A stretch of DNA of 64,000 nucleotides from Octopus sinensis (Eukaryota). Below the pieces are notes generated by a model that saw nothing but the letters and a program-made list of their open reading frames with translations, did not search any database and was not told the origin of the DNA. The translations under genes were made by a program, and so were the position numbers. Shown here piece after piece: positions 25,860 through 37,523 of this stretch. The stretch covers positions 1 through 64,000 of the forward strand of contig NW_021836166.1 of NCBI RefSeq assembly GCF_006345805.1. Reading direction: 5' to 3'. Position 1 is the first letter of the stretch. Each line of letters opens with the position of its first letter.

Positions 25860-26640
25860 TCATCGGCGGTCCTGAAGTGGCACTCGCTAAGATTTGAAAT
25901 TCCGGATCTCCTGCAAAGACAATTTGATTGGGACAAAATTTGCCTCCAATACCGTATTAAGTCGTTCCGTGCATCCGTTGATCGACATCGTTTGACCTGC
26001 TTTGAGACGGCCTGTCGTCCCTACAGCAGTGTCTGGTTAAATCCATTCCACTGCCAGGTATTGAGAACCTTTTGGACAATGAGTCTATTAGGACTGGGAT
26101 TGGTTTACGTTTCGGTCTTCGCCTATGTGAGCCACATGTCTGTCTCTGTAGCGCTAAAATCTGTCGTTTTGTCTGCCTGCCTTATCGTGTAGAGGCAGTG
26201 CTGGCCGTATCCTGCGGAACGCTGCTTTAAATGAGCTTATCAGAAAAGCTTTGGAAGTCGCCGGAATTCCCTCCATACTTGAACTTACTGGGATCGATCA
26301 GGGGATGGAAAGAGACCGGACGGGATCACTGTTTCCCTTCAACAGAGGAAAGTCACTCACCTGGGACCCCACATGTGTGGACTTATTCTCGCTTCAGAAC
26401 CTGCTGATGTCCGCATCCGTCCTGGGTGATCGGAAATACTCTTTGCTTGTTGAGAAGTACCAATTTCTTTCATTCGTAGTTGAAACTTTCGGATTTTTGG
26501 GAGGAAATGCAATCATCTTCGTTTAGAAAATCGGATTTCGGATGTCCACATTCGCAAGCGACGCTCGCGAAATGGTTTTTTGAGCGGATATTTCTTGCGA
26601 TAGTACACTAACTCTTTCTCGATCGCGTCAGCCTCTCGCT
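25860..26640 (+). mobile_element. CRE-like RLE 3' part, degraded
   Basis: QRQFDWD, SSVWLN, AGIPSILE, GKSLTWDPTCVD, VVETFG. Confidence 0.85.
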
Positions 26641-26864
26641 TAACAAACTAGACACGCATGAATAATATTCTTACATTCTCAATTGATTTAATGATTTTAA
26701 ACTTAAAAAAGTGTCTATCTTTAATTAAAATTGCTCATTTTTATTTTCGTAATGTAGAATCATATTCCTCTAAACTCTTTGATTGAATATGCAGTTTATA
26801 AATTTATATTTTTTAAAACAAAATACTCTCGGGCTCAAATAGGAAATTATTTTTAAAAATATAA

Positions 26865-27300
26865 AAAGCCTTCTCGCCTTCTCGGCAACTGAGGCAAGTT
26901 TATGGCCGCCTTCGCCAAACATATTTGATTGAGACAACTCTGCTTTGAAAGCAGCAGCATCTTCGGGCGATCTGAATTTTAGAATGAAGGTGCCGGACTT
27001 CTGTAAAGTTATCCGAGCTTTGGAGGCAGTTGGCGACTTGGATAGGAGGTTAAACCTCTTGATCTTTCCAAGTGTCGGGTTTTCGATACTCAGGGAATAT
27101 GTGAGGGTCTGATGGGATTGGGTCTCACTCTGTTTTTGAGGCCCAGTAGACTTCGGCAGTTCTGTGGGATCTTCAGCTTTGATTGGTTCGCAAAAGGGCT
27201 GTGGCTTTGCCGCTGTTCGTCTTTGAGCTTTGGAGCAAGCTTTGATTGATGAGAGATTTTGATTATTCTTGACCATTTTTTCTTTCTTTTCCTTGACCAT
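26865..27300 (-). mobile_element. Probable non-LTR ORF1 (gag-like) fragment
   Basis: Intronless, basic low-complexity N-terminus followed by RRM-like GTFILKFRSPEDAAAFKAEL; runs out into AT-rich DNA. Confidence 0.4.
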
Positions 27301-27320
27301 GATATTCAATCCGATATTCA

Positions 27321-28778
27321 ATGAATTGTCACAACAAAGGTTGTCTTTTTATGAACGAAGCTCTCGGTAAGGTAGTGGGCTTGGAAACGTCACCTCCTGA
27401 AAGCTTACCCTTTCTTGGAAGGTACTTCTTCTTGGACAAGGTCCCTTTTGAAGTCAATTCGTTCCAAAACCCACTTAGAACCTTACCTAAACTTTGTTTG
27501 GGTCTATCTCATGCTCAATGGCAGCAACGCTTAGCCGGCTATTCCATTACAGATTCCTCCACTCCAATTATAGGGGATTACATAAAGGCTAACTATGACG
27601 GCAAAACTAAGGCTTCCCTTGACACCATGGGGTATATTCTTGTAGGGAAATACGGAGAACTTTTCAGCAATTACAACACTGAAAGATCCGTAGAGGTGAT
27701 GTGCGATGCGCTCAACATTTCCAAGGGTGCTTTGATTATAGCACAGGAAAAGATTTTGCGCAGAAGTCCCGTCAACCTCATTCCTAATGACTTGTCCCCA
27801 AAGTCATTGGAGCCTTGTAAACAGCCTGATACTTTAGACTTTACTGTTGCCGTCCCCTCGTGTTGGTACAATCCACCTGTAGATGATCTCTGTCTTCTTA
27901 AGTGCCTCGAGTATGCTTACGCAATTAATGGTTATGAAAACGTTTCCTTAGGATCCTTTGTCCCTGAGTTAAGTCGGTACTCTTTCCAGACTGTTGATGG
28001 TAATACGTTTAAAGATTTCTTGGATTCAATTTCTAGAATTCTGCGTGTTAACATTAGGGTTATAGTTGAGTCCTTCGACGCTTGTTCCCCTTTTCGTTAT
28101 GATTCTTCGCGTATTAATGGTACCTTTGGAGACACCAACATTTTGTTGTCCTGCTCCAGATGCCATTATTTTTTACACATTCCATCTGTGTCTATTCCTA
28201 AAATAAGTCTTTCTATTCTTCAAAAGAAACCCTCAATTATTGAAAGAATTCTTTTTGAACATTCACTGATTTTCAAACGTCTATGCGTGTTTGACTTTAT
28301 CTTCTATGTTGACATCAAAGATGTCTCATTGATCACTAAGTTAGACAGTGTAAACGTGTTGTATTCCCCTGCTGTTCCGAGATTTAGAGTCCTTTATCCG
28401 AACATCATGTCTTTTGTTGAGATTAGCGATTCTGTGCAACCATCGCTCAGTTCCTTGAGCGAGGAGGCACTTGATGTGAGTCTCTTCATTTTTAAAACAA
28501 ATAACTACTCATTCTTTGAGCAGTTAAAGAACATCTTTCCGAATTTGATTGTATTAAGCGATAACAAACTTATCGTCAGCCGGGGTATTGGCGAGATTGG
28601 CTTCTTCGCTAAATTTAAGAAGTTGCCTCTTTCTCCGCATCAGGCTGACTTGGATAAGCCTTGCAACGTGTCTTTTGATTCTATGAAGGGTCCAATTCGC
28701 CAACATTACTTAACTGTTGTTAAGCAGGCGTTGGATACCTTTTTACGAACGAACAACGAACAGATTTTATTGACTTAG
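27321..28778 (+). CDS. Intronless 485-aa ORF; putative RNA-virus polyprotein fragment with OTU/papain-like protease motif
   Basis: DDLCLLKCLEYA and ILLSCSRCHYF suggest a Cys/His dyad; T-rich and intron-free, unlike the host genes here. Confidence 0.45.
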   Translation: MNCHNKGCLFMNEALGKVVGLETSPPESLPFLGRYFFLDKVPFEVNSFQNPLRTLPKLCLGLSHAQWQQRLAGYSITDSSTPIIGDYIKANYDGKTKASLDTMGYILVGKYGELFSNYNTERSVEVMCDALNISKGALIIAQEKILRRSPVNLIPNDLSPKSLEPCKQPDTLDFTVAVPSCWYNPPVDDLCLLKCLEYAYAINGYENVSLGSFVPELSRYSFQTVDGNTFKDFLDSISRILRVNIRVIVESFDACSPFRYDSSRINGTFGDTNILLSCSRCHYFLHIPSVSIPKISLSILQKKPSIIERILFEHSLIFKRLCVFDFIFYVDIKDVSLITKLDSVNVLYSPAVPRFRVLYPNIMSFVEISDSVQPSLSSLSEEALDVSLFIFKTNNYSFFEQLKNIFPNLIVLSDNKLIVSRGIGEIGFFAKFKKLPLSPHQADLDKPCNVSFDSMKGPIRQHYLTVVKQALDTFLRTNNEQILLT

Positions 28779-28861
28779 CAACCGAAAAAGAAGAGTTATA
28801 TGAAAAGGTTTTATTAAAATCGAGACACCGAAAGCCTCCTCCTTGCTTTCCTTTTGGAGAT

Positions 28862-29610
28862 GTGGAAATAACCTCCTCCGACCCAAGCACAAAGATGTTT
28901 AGACTAGGATCCAAGGCGTTCAAGACCCTTCAACCAAAGGAGCCTATTTCGATAGGTGAACCAAGATCCAGGGACTTGCTCGTTACGCCGACTACTGCGG
29001 AATGGACACAGGCATTTATGAGGGCGCTGTTTCCAATAAGGTACAGCCAAGCGAAGTCCCGTAATCCAGAAGCAGTAACGGCGCTCATGGAACGTTACAA
29101 CGCTGCTATGGCAAGGTTGTCACCCTTATTCAGCCCGGACCAGAACCTGGTGGCAAAATTCTCTATAAAATATGCAGAAGAACAAGGACTGGACAAGCTA
29201 TGCTGTTTATTAGATAAAATGTTAGGTCTAAATCCAGCAGACCCTATAGCAATACTAAGATTCTGCACAGTGGGGTTTTATAACGGCGGGAACGCTGTGC
29301 TGTCGAGGATTATAACCTTAGGAACTGTCTTGAAAACCTCAGAGGAACGGTCTCTCTTGATACAAGGGTTGTTTGTCCCGACTTTCAGGGACGAGGTCAG
29401 AAAGGCACTAGGGCACTTCTGTGAAGTAACCTCTAGTGACCACCTTTGCGTCTACCAGAAAGGTCTTGGACTAGTGAGAGCCTCGGCCTTTAGTTCCACC
29501 TCTCTGCCAGGCCTGTATTTATTCATGAGTACGATTGGCGGCATGTTGACCGTGACCAAATTGTTTTATTCCAGGAGTGTTCTGGAGACCGAAGGACCTA
29601 CGTACCAAAA
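28862..29610 (+). other. Endogenous viral element: Mononegavirales (rhabdovirus-like) nucleoprotein fragment
   Basis: YQKGLGLVRASAFSSTSLPGLYLFMSTIGGML parallels the rhabdovirus N RNA-binding motif (FGLSSKSPYSSVKNPAFHFWGQLTALLL in VSV); intronless; the ORF runs on into AT-rich DNA to 29725. Confidence 0.65.
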
Positions 29611-29789
29611 AAACATTTATATAATAAAAAAGTATCATTCCGAAATTTTGTTGATAATTTATAAAAATAATATAACAATAATTAAATTCGTGTTCAGTTT
29701 AAAAAAGTCTAGAAAAAAAATATAACAATAATGATTAAAATTTGGTAGAAATTGATCATTTTAGATTAGAAACTGACAGGATTGAAAGA

Positions 29790-30110
29790 ATATATAGAAA
29801 TTAAGTTAATTCAAAAAAACACTATTAATGAAGATTAATTAATTGATAAAATGAAAAAAATTCGCTTGCAAAATAAACTTTATCCAAGATATTTTACCAG
29901 TAGTCAATTTAATTAATCTTCACAAAAATAGAAAAGCAAAAATATTATAAAAATAAAACATTGATTTCAATAAATAATCAAATAAGAATTAAAAACAAAA
30001 ATGCACAACAAAACAACAGAATATGACGTAAACACGTGAAAAATTTATCGTAATTAATTCAATAAGTTAAAAACATTTAGAAAATAAAATAAATAAAATT
30101 TAATATCATC
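29790..30110 (+). repeat. Merlin 3' subterminal region copy
   Basis: ATGAAGATTAATTAATTGATAAAAT...GCAAAATAAACTTTAT...TTTTACCAGTAG shared with 50100-50415 and, inverted, with 15806-16125. Confidence 0.8.
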
Positions 30111-30211
30111 AGTCTGTTTGACATCAGCTTTCGTCACTTTAAAAAAACAAACATAATTACACACTTTCGATTATTTCAAGTATAACCACCGAGATAAAAC
30201 AGTTAACTAAA

Positions 30212-31162
30212 CTAATCCGACGACCCGTCCGCATCCGAAGTCTGGAGGCCAGCCTCTTCTGCTTCTGGTCGAAGGAATAGCTCTGTGAGAGCATTTTCCA
30301 GCAGGTCCTTCTGCCCATGTGGCATTAGGGGGCTGGATCTGCGCGCATCAACAGATGCACTCTCTAGAGTTCTCTTCAGGACAGTGGACTGCATATAGGC
30401 CTTAATGTACCTATCGACTCCCAACTGGCTGAGATAACCCTTGTGGTACTTAGATACGATTCCTTCCCATGTCATCACGCAAGGAATGACAAGGACCTTG
30501 CATCTGTGCATCAACCCAAGCTCGTTTGCAAGAAGGTCGTACTTACGCTTCTTTTCCACTTCCACCGTGGTCAAACGATCTAGACATGTGATGCCAACTT
30601 CTATGATAAGTATCTCGCCAGAGACCTTATCTTGTACCACAATGTCCGGCTTATTGTGCTGGACAAGTATCGAGGTGGACAAGTATCGAGGACAAGTATC
30701 GAGGACAAGTATAGCTTGTGCCTTTTCCGTTTGCAAGATTGCGTACATCCTATCTGATACACTAGCACCAGACACCAGGTGGTCATGCATCTTCAGGAGA
30801 ATACGCTCACTTAAATGGGCCACTCCACAAAGCCCCCTTCCGAATTGAGCACGTGGTAGATATAGCCTCTCCTTGTTGGCTGCCAGCACATGGACATGGT
30901 TTTCCCTCAGTACTCTACGGATCATACAATCCATATCATCGTACTCCTGTGGCTCAAACTCCACAATACCTACATAATAGTTAAGCAATGATATTGCATA
31001 TTCATTCAACGCATGGAATAAATTCCTTGCATTTAAATGAGTTTTGCATAACATTGCTGCCCGCTTCCGAACTCCCTCTATTATTTGGATCATGACAAGG
31101 GAATGGGCCACCATCTGGTCGTCCATTGCAGAGATATAGCCATGTGGCAAACTATAAGTCAA
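30212..31162 (-). mobile_element. R4/Dong-like non-LTR retrotransposon 3' part (RLE), internally deleted
   Basis: ERLYLPR..GRGL, HNKPDIVV, EVGIT, EKKRKYDLLANEL. Confidence 0.9.
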
Positions 31163-31365
31163 TGACTACTCCTCACGTCGTTTCTGTTGGTATTGAAGCG
31201 GGTGGTAATGCTGGCCAGATCACAGTCAATGGAGGAACAGACCTGCAGAGATTTGTTGATGGCTTCACTCAGGTGTTGGGGGAATTCAATGTCAGAATTA
31301 TTGTATTCATCCATCACTAAACTAATATTTAAATAATATTTATTAAATAAATAAACAATCTTATA

Positions 31366-34024
31366 ATGGACGACTACATCAATCAAGTTCTTTTTGTGGT
31401 TAACGGAGTGCCAATGCAATTCTGCGTGCGGCCATGTCCAGAGAAGGCACACGTGCGGGCACTAATCGAGACATATGGAGGGGAGTTGGTGCCCAATTCA
31501 CTGCCCGACTCCATCAGACTCGACCTCCCCAACTGCCCCTTCCATGCCAACTCGGAGACCATCTCGACTGATTACATCACCGAATGCATTCGAACAGACC
31601 AAGTGCTTGATTTGGAGGACTTTCGGTGAGAGTAGTGAGTGACTGAGCAGACTGGTGAACTGTCCGGGGAGAGAAAGGGTGGCCAAAGGGTAGTGTGTTG
31701 TCACATGTCAGTCGACTGGCCTACTCCACCAGTCACGACTAATAATCCACATCTACCAGACTGGTTGGGCGGATGAGGGGTCAGAAGGTGTGGAGGGACA
31801 TGGTGAGAGACAAGGTGTGTTGGCTGTGTAATGCAGGTCACCCCCCACTCCGCACAGTCCATGCGACACCGTTTTCTTCACGTGATTTGTCCCCGCATAT
31901 TCTCTTATAATATCCCTATGGAGTGGAAGATGTATTTAAGTTCCTCAATCGTTGTTCTCTTGCTTAATGTTTAGTCCAGTCCATCGGAAATGTACACTGC
32001 CAGGACATCGTTGGACAGCACATTGAAATGTTGGTTATTTGGCTTATTCTAGTCCACTCTCCTATTTCTGATGACGAGTCTATTGAGTTGTGTCGGATAA
32101 GTAGGGCAATTTAAGTTAAAAAGTTAAAATATAAAAATGTGTATTTTGGCTTAAAAGTAAAAATAAAGTATTTTTAAATGAAATAGTTACTTATTAAAGA
32201 AAAAAATAAAGTTAAAAAGTTAAAAAAATTTTTTTATAAAGTTAAAAATTTTAACTTTATTTAAAATAGCGCGTGGGTGTTTAGTATGCCAAGAACTGCA
32301 AAAACAATGTATTTTAAGGCAAAAAAAATTGTTATTGAATATCCGCTGGAGTTTTTATTACGAGAGAATGGCGAGTTGCAATGTCAACTTTGCTTATGCA
32401 CAGTCAGGTGTGAGAAAAAGCATTTTGTGAATTCTCACCGAGAATCGAAGAAGCACTCAAATTTATTAAGTTTTTACAAATTAATATAATTTTAGAGAAT
32501 AATTTCTATCAGCCTTGTTTGGACGAGTTACCCAATGATGACTGGTCAATGCAAGTCACTAAAGCATTTATTCAATGCGATATACCCTTGCATAAATTGA
32601 CTATGCCTCCTCTAAAGAATTTATTCAAGAATACTTCTTTGTCTCTTCCTTCCCAATACAAAGCAAGAATGTGCGTTAAACAATTGAAAACTGAATATAT
32701 TGTATTATTTCAAGAAAAGTTTAGGTTTATGAATATATAATTTTTTAGAAATCAACTTGTATTCGCCATAAGTGACGAGGTCACTATTCGTAGTCAAAAT
32801 TTGTTGCAGTTTTAATGGGGATACTTAAAAATCCCGATAAAACTTATTTGATTTCTTTCGTAAAAATTGATAAAACTTCTACCAAAGAAACAATTATTCA
32901 AATTGTGACGATACGATTAAATGCGTTTTAATTGAAAGACAAAATTTCCTTCTCCTAATAACAGATTCCGCTAAATATATGCTAGCAGGTTTTAATTTAA
33001 CATATAATTATAGCTGGAAAAGTTCTTAAGCTTTTATATCCAAGGTTATTTCACGTAACTTGTGTTGCTCATCTGATGCATAATTGTTCAATGAAAATCA
33101 GGACTATTTATCCTGAAATTGATTCTCTTATTGCATCAATTCAAGCGGCAATAACAAAAAATAACAAGAGGAAAACGACTATTTAATGAAATTGGAATTC
33201 CACCTCATGTAGTTTTAACTAGATGGGGTACTGGCTAACTGCTGCATTTTATTATGCAAAAAATTTAATACATGTGATAAACATTTTCAAAACAATTCCT
33301 GATGATGGAATCATTGTTCAGGCTGCAAAAAATAGCCTAAGAGATGAATCTCTAGTAAAAAGCTTAAGTTCTATTGTTAGAAATTATTCGACAATTCCAG
33401 GTAAAACTAGTTAATAATAGCAGAATTATTGTGCAATTTGAAAGTTCTCATTCCTCAATAGAGTTAGCTTACAATGAGCTAAAGAATTTAAATTTGACGA
33501 CGAATCAGATATAATTGAAAAATATTTGAATGAACGATTACAAAAAAATGATTTGTCAAATTATAAGAATGACAAATTCATCAATTTCTCCTGAAGAATA
33601 TGTATGCTTTTAAAGTGTCAGCCTTCATCCTCTTCCATAGAACGATGCTTCTCTCAAATTAAAAACTTTATGAGGGATAACAGAAATTTTAATATTGAAA
33701 ATATAGAGAATTATGTTATATGTTGTATAATAAATGATCTTAAGTTAAAATTTGTTAGGTTAAAATTTTTGTTTTATAGGTTAAAATTTGGTTATTTTTA
33801 GGTTAAAAAGTTAATATTTTAGTGTTAAAAAATCGAAGTTTTTAGGTTAAAAAAAAATTGCCCTACGGATAAGACAACACATCGACGTTGGTCGGGCTTG
33901 TTTAGTGTAGACTATTGCACACGTTTTGGCCGTCCCTGTTGTCCAGGTCATCGACCGGCTGTATTCCTGTGGTGGAAACTTCCTACAAACTTATCAATAT
34001 TTTTTGTCAAAGGGTTCTTCTTAG
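31366..34024 (+). pseudogene. TERF2IP: Telomere protein Rap1 (BRCT, Myb, C-terminal domain), interrupted by a hAT insertion
   Basis: BRCT PMQFCVRP...LIETYGG...ISTDYITECI..LDLEDF; Myb KVWRDM..HSAQSMRHRFL; C-terminal VIDRLYSCGGNF; micro-introns. Confidence 0.8.
32102..33865 (+). mobile_element. hAT-type (CGGBP1/DUF659-like) DNA transposon, degraded, with micro-introns
   Basis: TIR TAGGGCAATTT; perfect 8-bp TSD CGGATAAG; motifs CQLC, DIPLHKL, TDSAKYM, HVTCVAH, TRWGY(W), SSSIERCFS. Confidence 0.95.
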
Positions 34025-34127
34025 TTTTGTGATTTGTTTGTTTTTTGCCTGCCCTTAGTACTTTTAAAGAGCGCGTTTTTAGCTGAGGGTAACCACCGAA
34101 TACTTTCAACTGATTATTATATACTTC

Positions 34128-36072
34128 AGAAGTGCATTTTCAGTGGCTAACTCTAACATAGAACTAACCGCAGGTCTGTGAGTTACCCCAATTCATCAGG
34201 CGAAAAGGGCAGGTCTGTCCTTCTGTGGACCAACTGTCTCATGGTCTCCCCCATCGGCCAAACTGTATTCCTACCAAGTCGGTCCGTCCACTGACTTTGA
34301 TTTCATGCAATATTTACGACGGATTCAACTATATCTTCTCAAAGGAGGGGGAGTTGCGAGTAATCACGTGCTGACATACTTAGATGAAGGGGGGAATGTT
34401 GTCGGGGGAGTCCGTGCCCCATCGGAGTCCTCTCACAATGTACTTGCTCTCCCTTCTCTTTAAACGGTGACTTATTGCCCTTATTGTAGACATTTGAAGG
34501 AAGCAGGACTGTTGTGTTGTGGAAATGAGTTCTACGACTCCTCTGGGTTGTGTTGATGTGATGACTGTAGGAGTGGAGTGGCCTTGGGCATTCGGGACGG
34601 GGAAGAGGGCTATTATTTGGTGGCATCCCCCAAACAAAGAGGGAGGGGTGAGGGATCTTGGTTGGAATACCTCAACTCATTCCACCGCCGACATCTCCAG
34701 CACGTATTCAGGGAATGGAGTCTGGTAGTAGCCAAGCCGAGTGTAGTGAAGGGCCGACGACTGAGTGTGACTCCGCGGACTGTAAGGAACTGTTGATATG
34801 GCAGTTCTCCTCTGAACGTGCCCCTCTCCATTATGTGTTAATATACCCCGATAGTCATGCCGAGTCAATATTCACCTTCATGGACAAACTCCGTGAATAT
34901 GTGGGGACTCAGTTTGGGTGTGTTCTTGAAAGAGTGTCCTTGTATGTTTGATATGTCCAATTCAGGGTGGACGGAGTGTCCATCGGGGAGTATGTGAGTG
35001 CTCTGCAGGATAGTCCCCCGCGGATATCTTCATGTGTGTATTCCCCAAGTTCGGTGACTGGGGGTACTGTCAAGTCAAATGGGAGACCTGTGTAGCTCTG
35101 GGAGGTACTCATTGGTGGGATTGTCAGTCAACAGCCAAGTGATCAGACTAAGGACTATTCGGAGAGTGGTCAGTGGGGATCTCTCCATGCAGTCACTCGC
35201 CCGACAAGTATTGGCTAAATGTGGTCGTCTCCACACACCCGTCACATTTCCCCCCAGTGTGGCCAGGGGGATGAAGGGGGACTGCATGTTGGTGGGGATG
35301 GACACCTTCCACCACTACGCCGTGTTCTTGACGAGTGTCACTGCTGTTGTCTCCTCACTTGGGTCTGTCTTTGGTCACAAAGTCCCACTCTTTCATAACC
35401 AAGTCGAGTTTGTCGAGACTGGGAAGGAAATAGACGAACATGCATTCAGACATGTGTTGAGTGAGTGTGTCATTCGAGAGGACAGACTGTCTCCGTACCT
35501 GGCAGTCCTTCAATGGTTGTCTCCCTTCCACCGTGGTCATTTTCCGTGACGGAATCGGGGATGAAATTTTGGAGCAAGTTCTGTCGGTGAAAGTGTCGCA
35601 AGTGAGGGAGGCCATGTCCTGTGGTGCCCAACAGGCCGGGACTGTCCCCCCAGACTGTCCTTCATCGTAGTCAACAAGCGAGTGAGTAATTTGGTGTACC
35701 CCGTCAAGTCCCGGTTGGTGGGGACTGTCGTCGACTCGGTGGTGACGCGGTGTAATCAGTCAGTGTTGTGAGTCATGCCAGATTTGACTATTAAATGTCT
35801 TCCTGTGATTTTGGGGAACAGTCTGGTGGGATGTTGACTTACTATAACGTGTTGGTGAATGAGGACGTTTTGTCCCCTGATTTGTGTCAGTATTTGTCGT
35901 TCGGACTTACTCAGACGTATGCTGTCTTTCCAGTTTGTTTTTTTTTGTTTTTTGTCAGCAATCCACTGTCCCCTCCGTCTGCTTGTATGCCCATAAACTG
36001 GCCAGTCTGACTGGGAAGTATTTGCTCGATGACATTTACCTCTCATTTAATCGAGGAATCTTTTATTTATAG
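34128..36072 (+). CDS. piwi: Piwi-clade Argonaute apparently lacking PAZ (N-L1-L2-MID-PIWI); multi-intron
   Basis: MLVGMD, VVIFRDGIG, FIVVNKRV, GTVVDSVVT, VPSVCLYAHKLA and C-terminal IFYL*; introns include 34360-34383, 34467-34489, 34547-34570; start codon not resolved; at least one homopolymer frameshift near 35640. Confidence 0.9.
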
Positions 36073-37523
36073 ATTGCTGTCTAATAAATGTGTACTTGCT
36101 TTCTCCTTTGCAAGTCGACTAATCAGATTGTGGTTCTCTTATCTCCATTTAATAAATTACAAGTCAGTTTTTGAATATTCGACCCCATTTTTTCATCCTG
36201 GACATTTCTTACAGGCATTTTTTTAATTTTAAAAGCCTTGTTGAGGGGCATTTTTGTCAGTCCATTTCTGTTCATATACTTTTACAGTACTCTGAATACA
36301 CGCTCATTCCTTTTATAATTCTGAATTTATTTCACTAGAAAAGAATGGTCACTATTCTTATTTAAATGACTATTGATTTATCCACATAATACGTCTAACC
36401 AACTCACACAACAATTCTCGGGGACGATGAAGCGATCACTGTGCAATAGTAAGCAACCCAATCCCTCAAAGTGACATCTGAGAATACTCCTCCTAATAAC
36501 GATTTATTTCTCACAAATAAGGAGATACTTATGCAACACTGAAGAACGCAGAACGCTTTGTCCAGTAAAGATTAGAAGCCTCCTCAATGGTCGGGTTCTT
36601 TCTGATTTGATTTGCTACAATGGGCTTTTATAGTCTCAACTTTATTAGTCTGTTTTTAATTAAACATACAACTCTCCTATGTCGTTTTTTGTACGATTGA
36701 ATAGAGATTGCTTTAGACTGACGGAGTGACAAGTTTGAGCCATTTTTCCTACTGCCTGGTTTGAATTTCACAGTTTTCTTTTCTTAACACTGATTTATTT
36801 AATTGTCAAATATAAAATTTGTGACAACTTCCAAGAATATTATTCGAATTTAAGTTCTGCATAGAATGACTATATGGGTTTCATGTTATTTTTCACTTGT
36901 TTAATTCTGACTAACTTCCAACTGAACTATAATCAGGGGTGTCCAATTCTGCAATCTTTCAGTTCTCGTTATGAAGATATTGTTTTGAACACCCGACTCA
37001 AATGCAGACCAAGCGACCTACGAGAGCACAGTAAATCAGTCTCCTACAAGAGCACAGTGCACTCAAACATGAGCAAAATATATATTTGGTGGATATAAGG
37101 GAACCTATAGCGAAGAATTGGTTTATTCTACGGGAAGTTGAAGTGAGGAATGAGACGAGGAGTATTCAGGAAGGGAACTCTACGGAGGTGTACAAATCTA
37201 TATTTAGTACGAGTGAGAAGGCAACCAATCAACTCAACCTAATTGGATACCCAGAATTGCTTCGCAAAACTTCAGTGAATACGTTTTTTCATATCCATCA
37301 TTTTTCATGTCGATAAATTCTTCCTGAATTATAACATTTTCAGAAGGAAGATTTTCAACTGAAATTGAAAATGGGTTGTTTAAAAACATAATATTTATTA
37401 AGATCCAAAATATCAAGAAAATATCTAAAAATTGAGACGCGAATTGAGTGCTTTGGCTTTAAAATAGTTTATCGTTTTTATTACTACATTCATGAAAATT
37501 TTCAAAGTATCGTTTTCATCATC

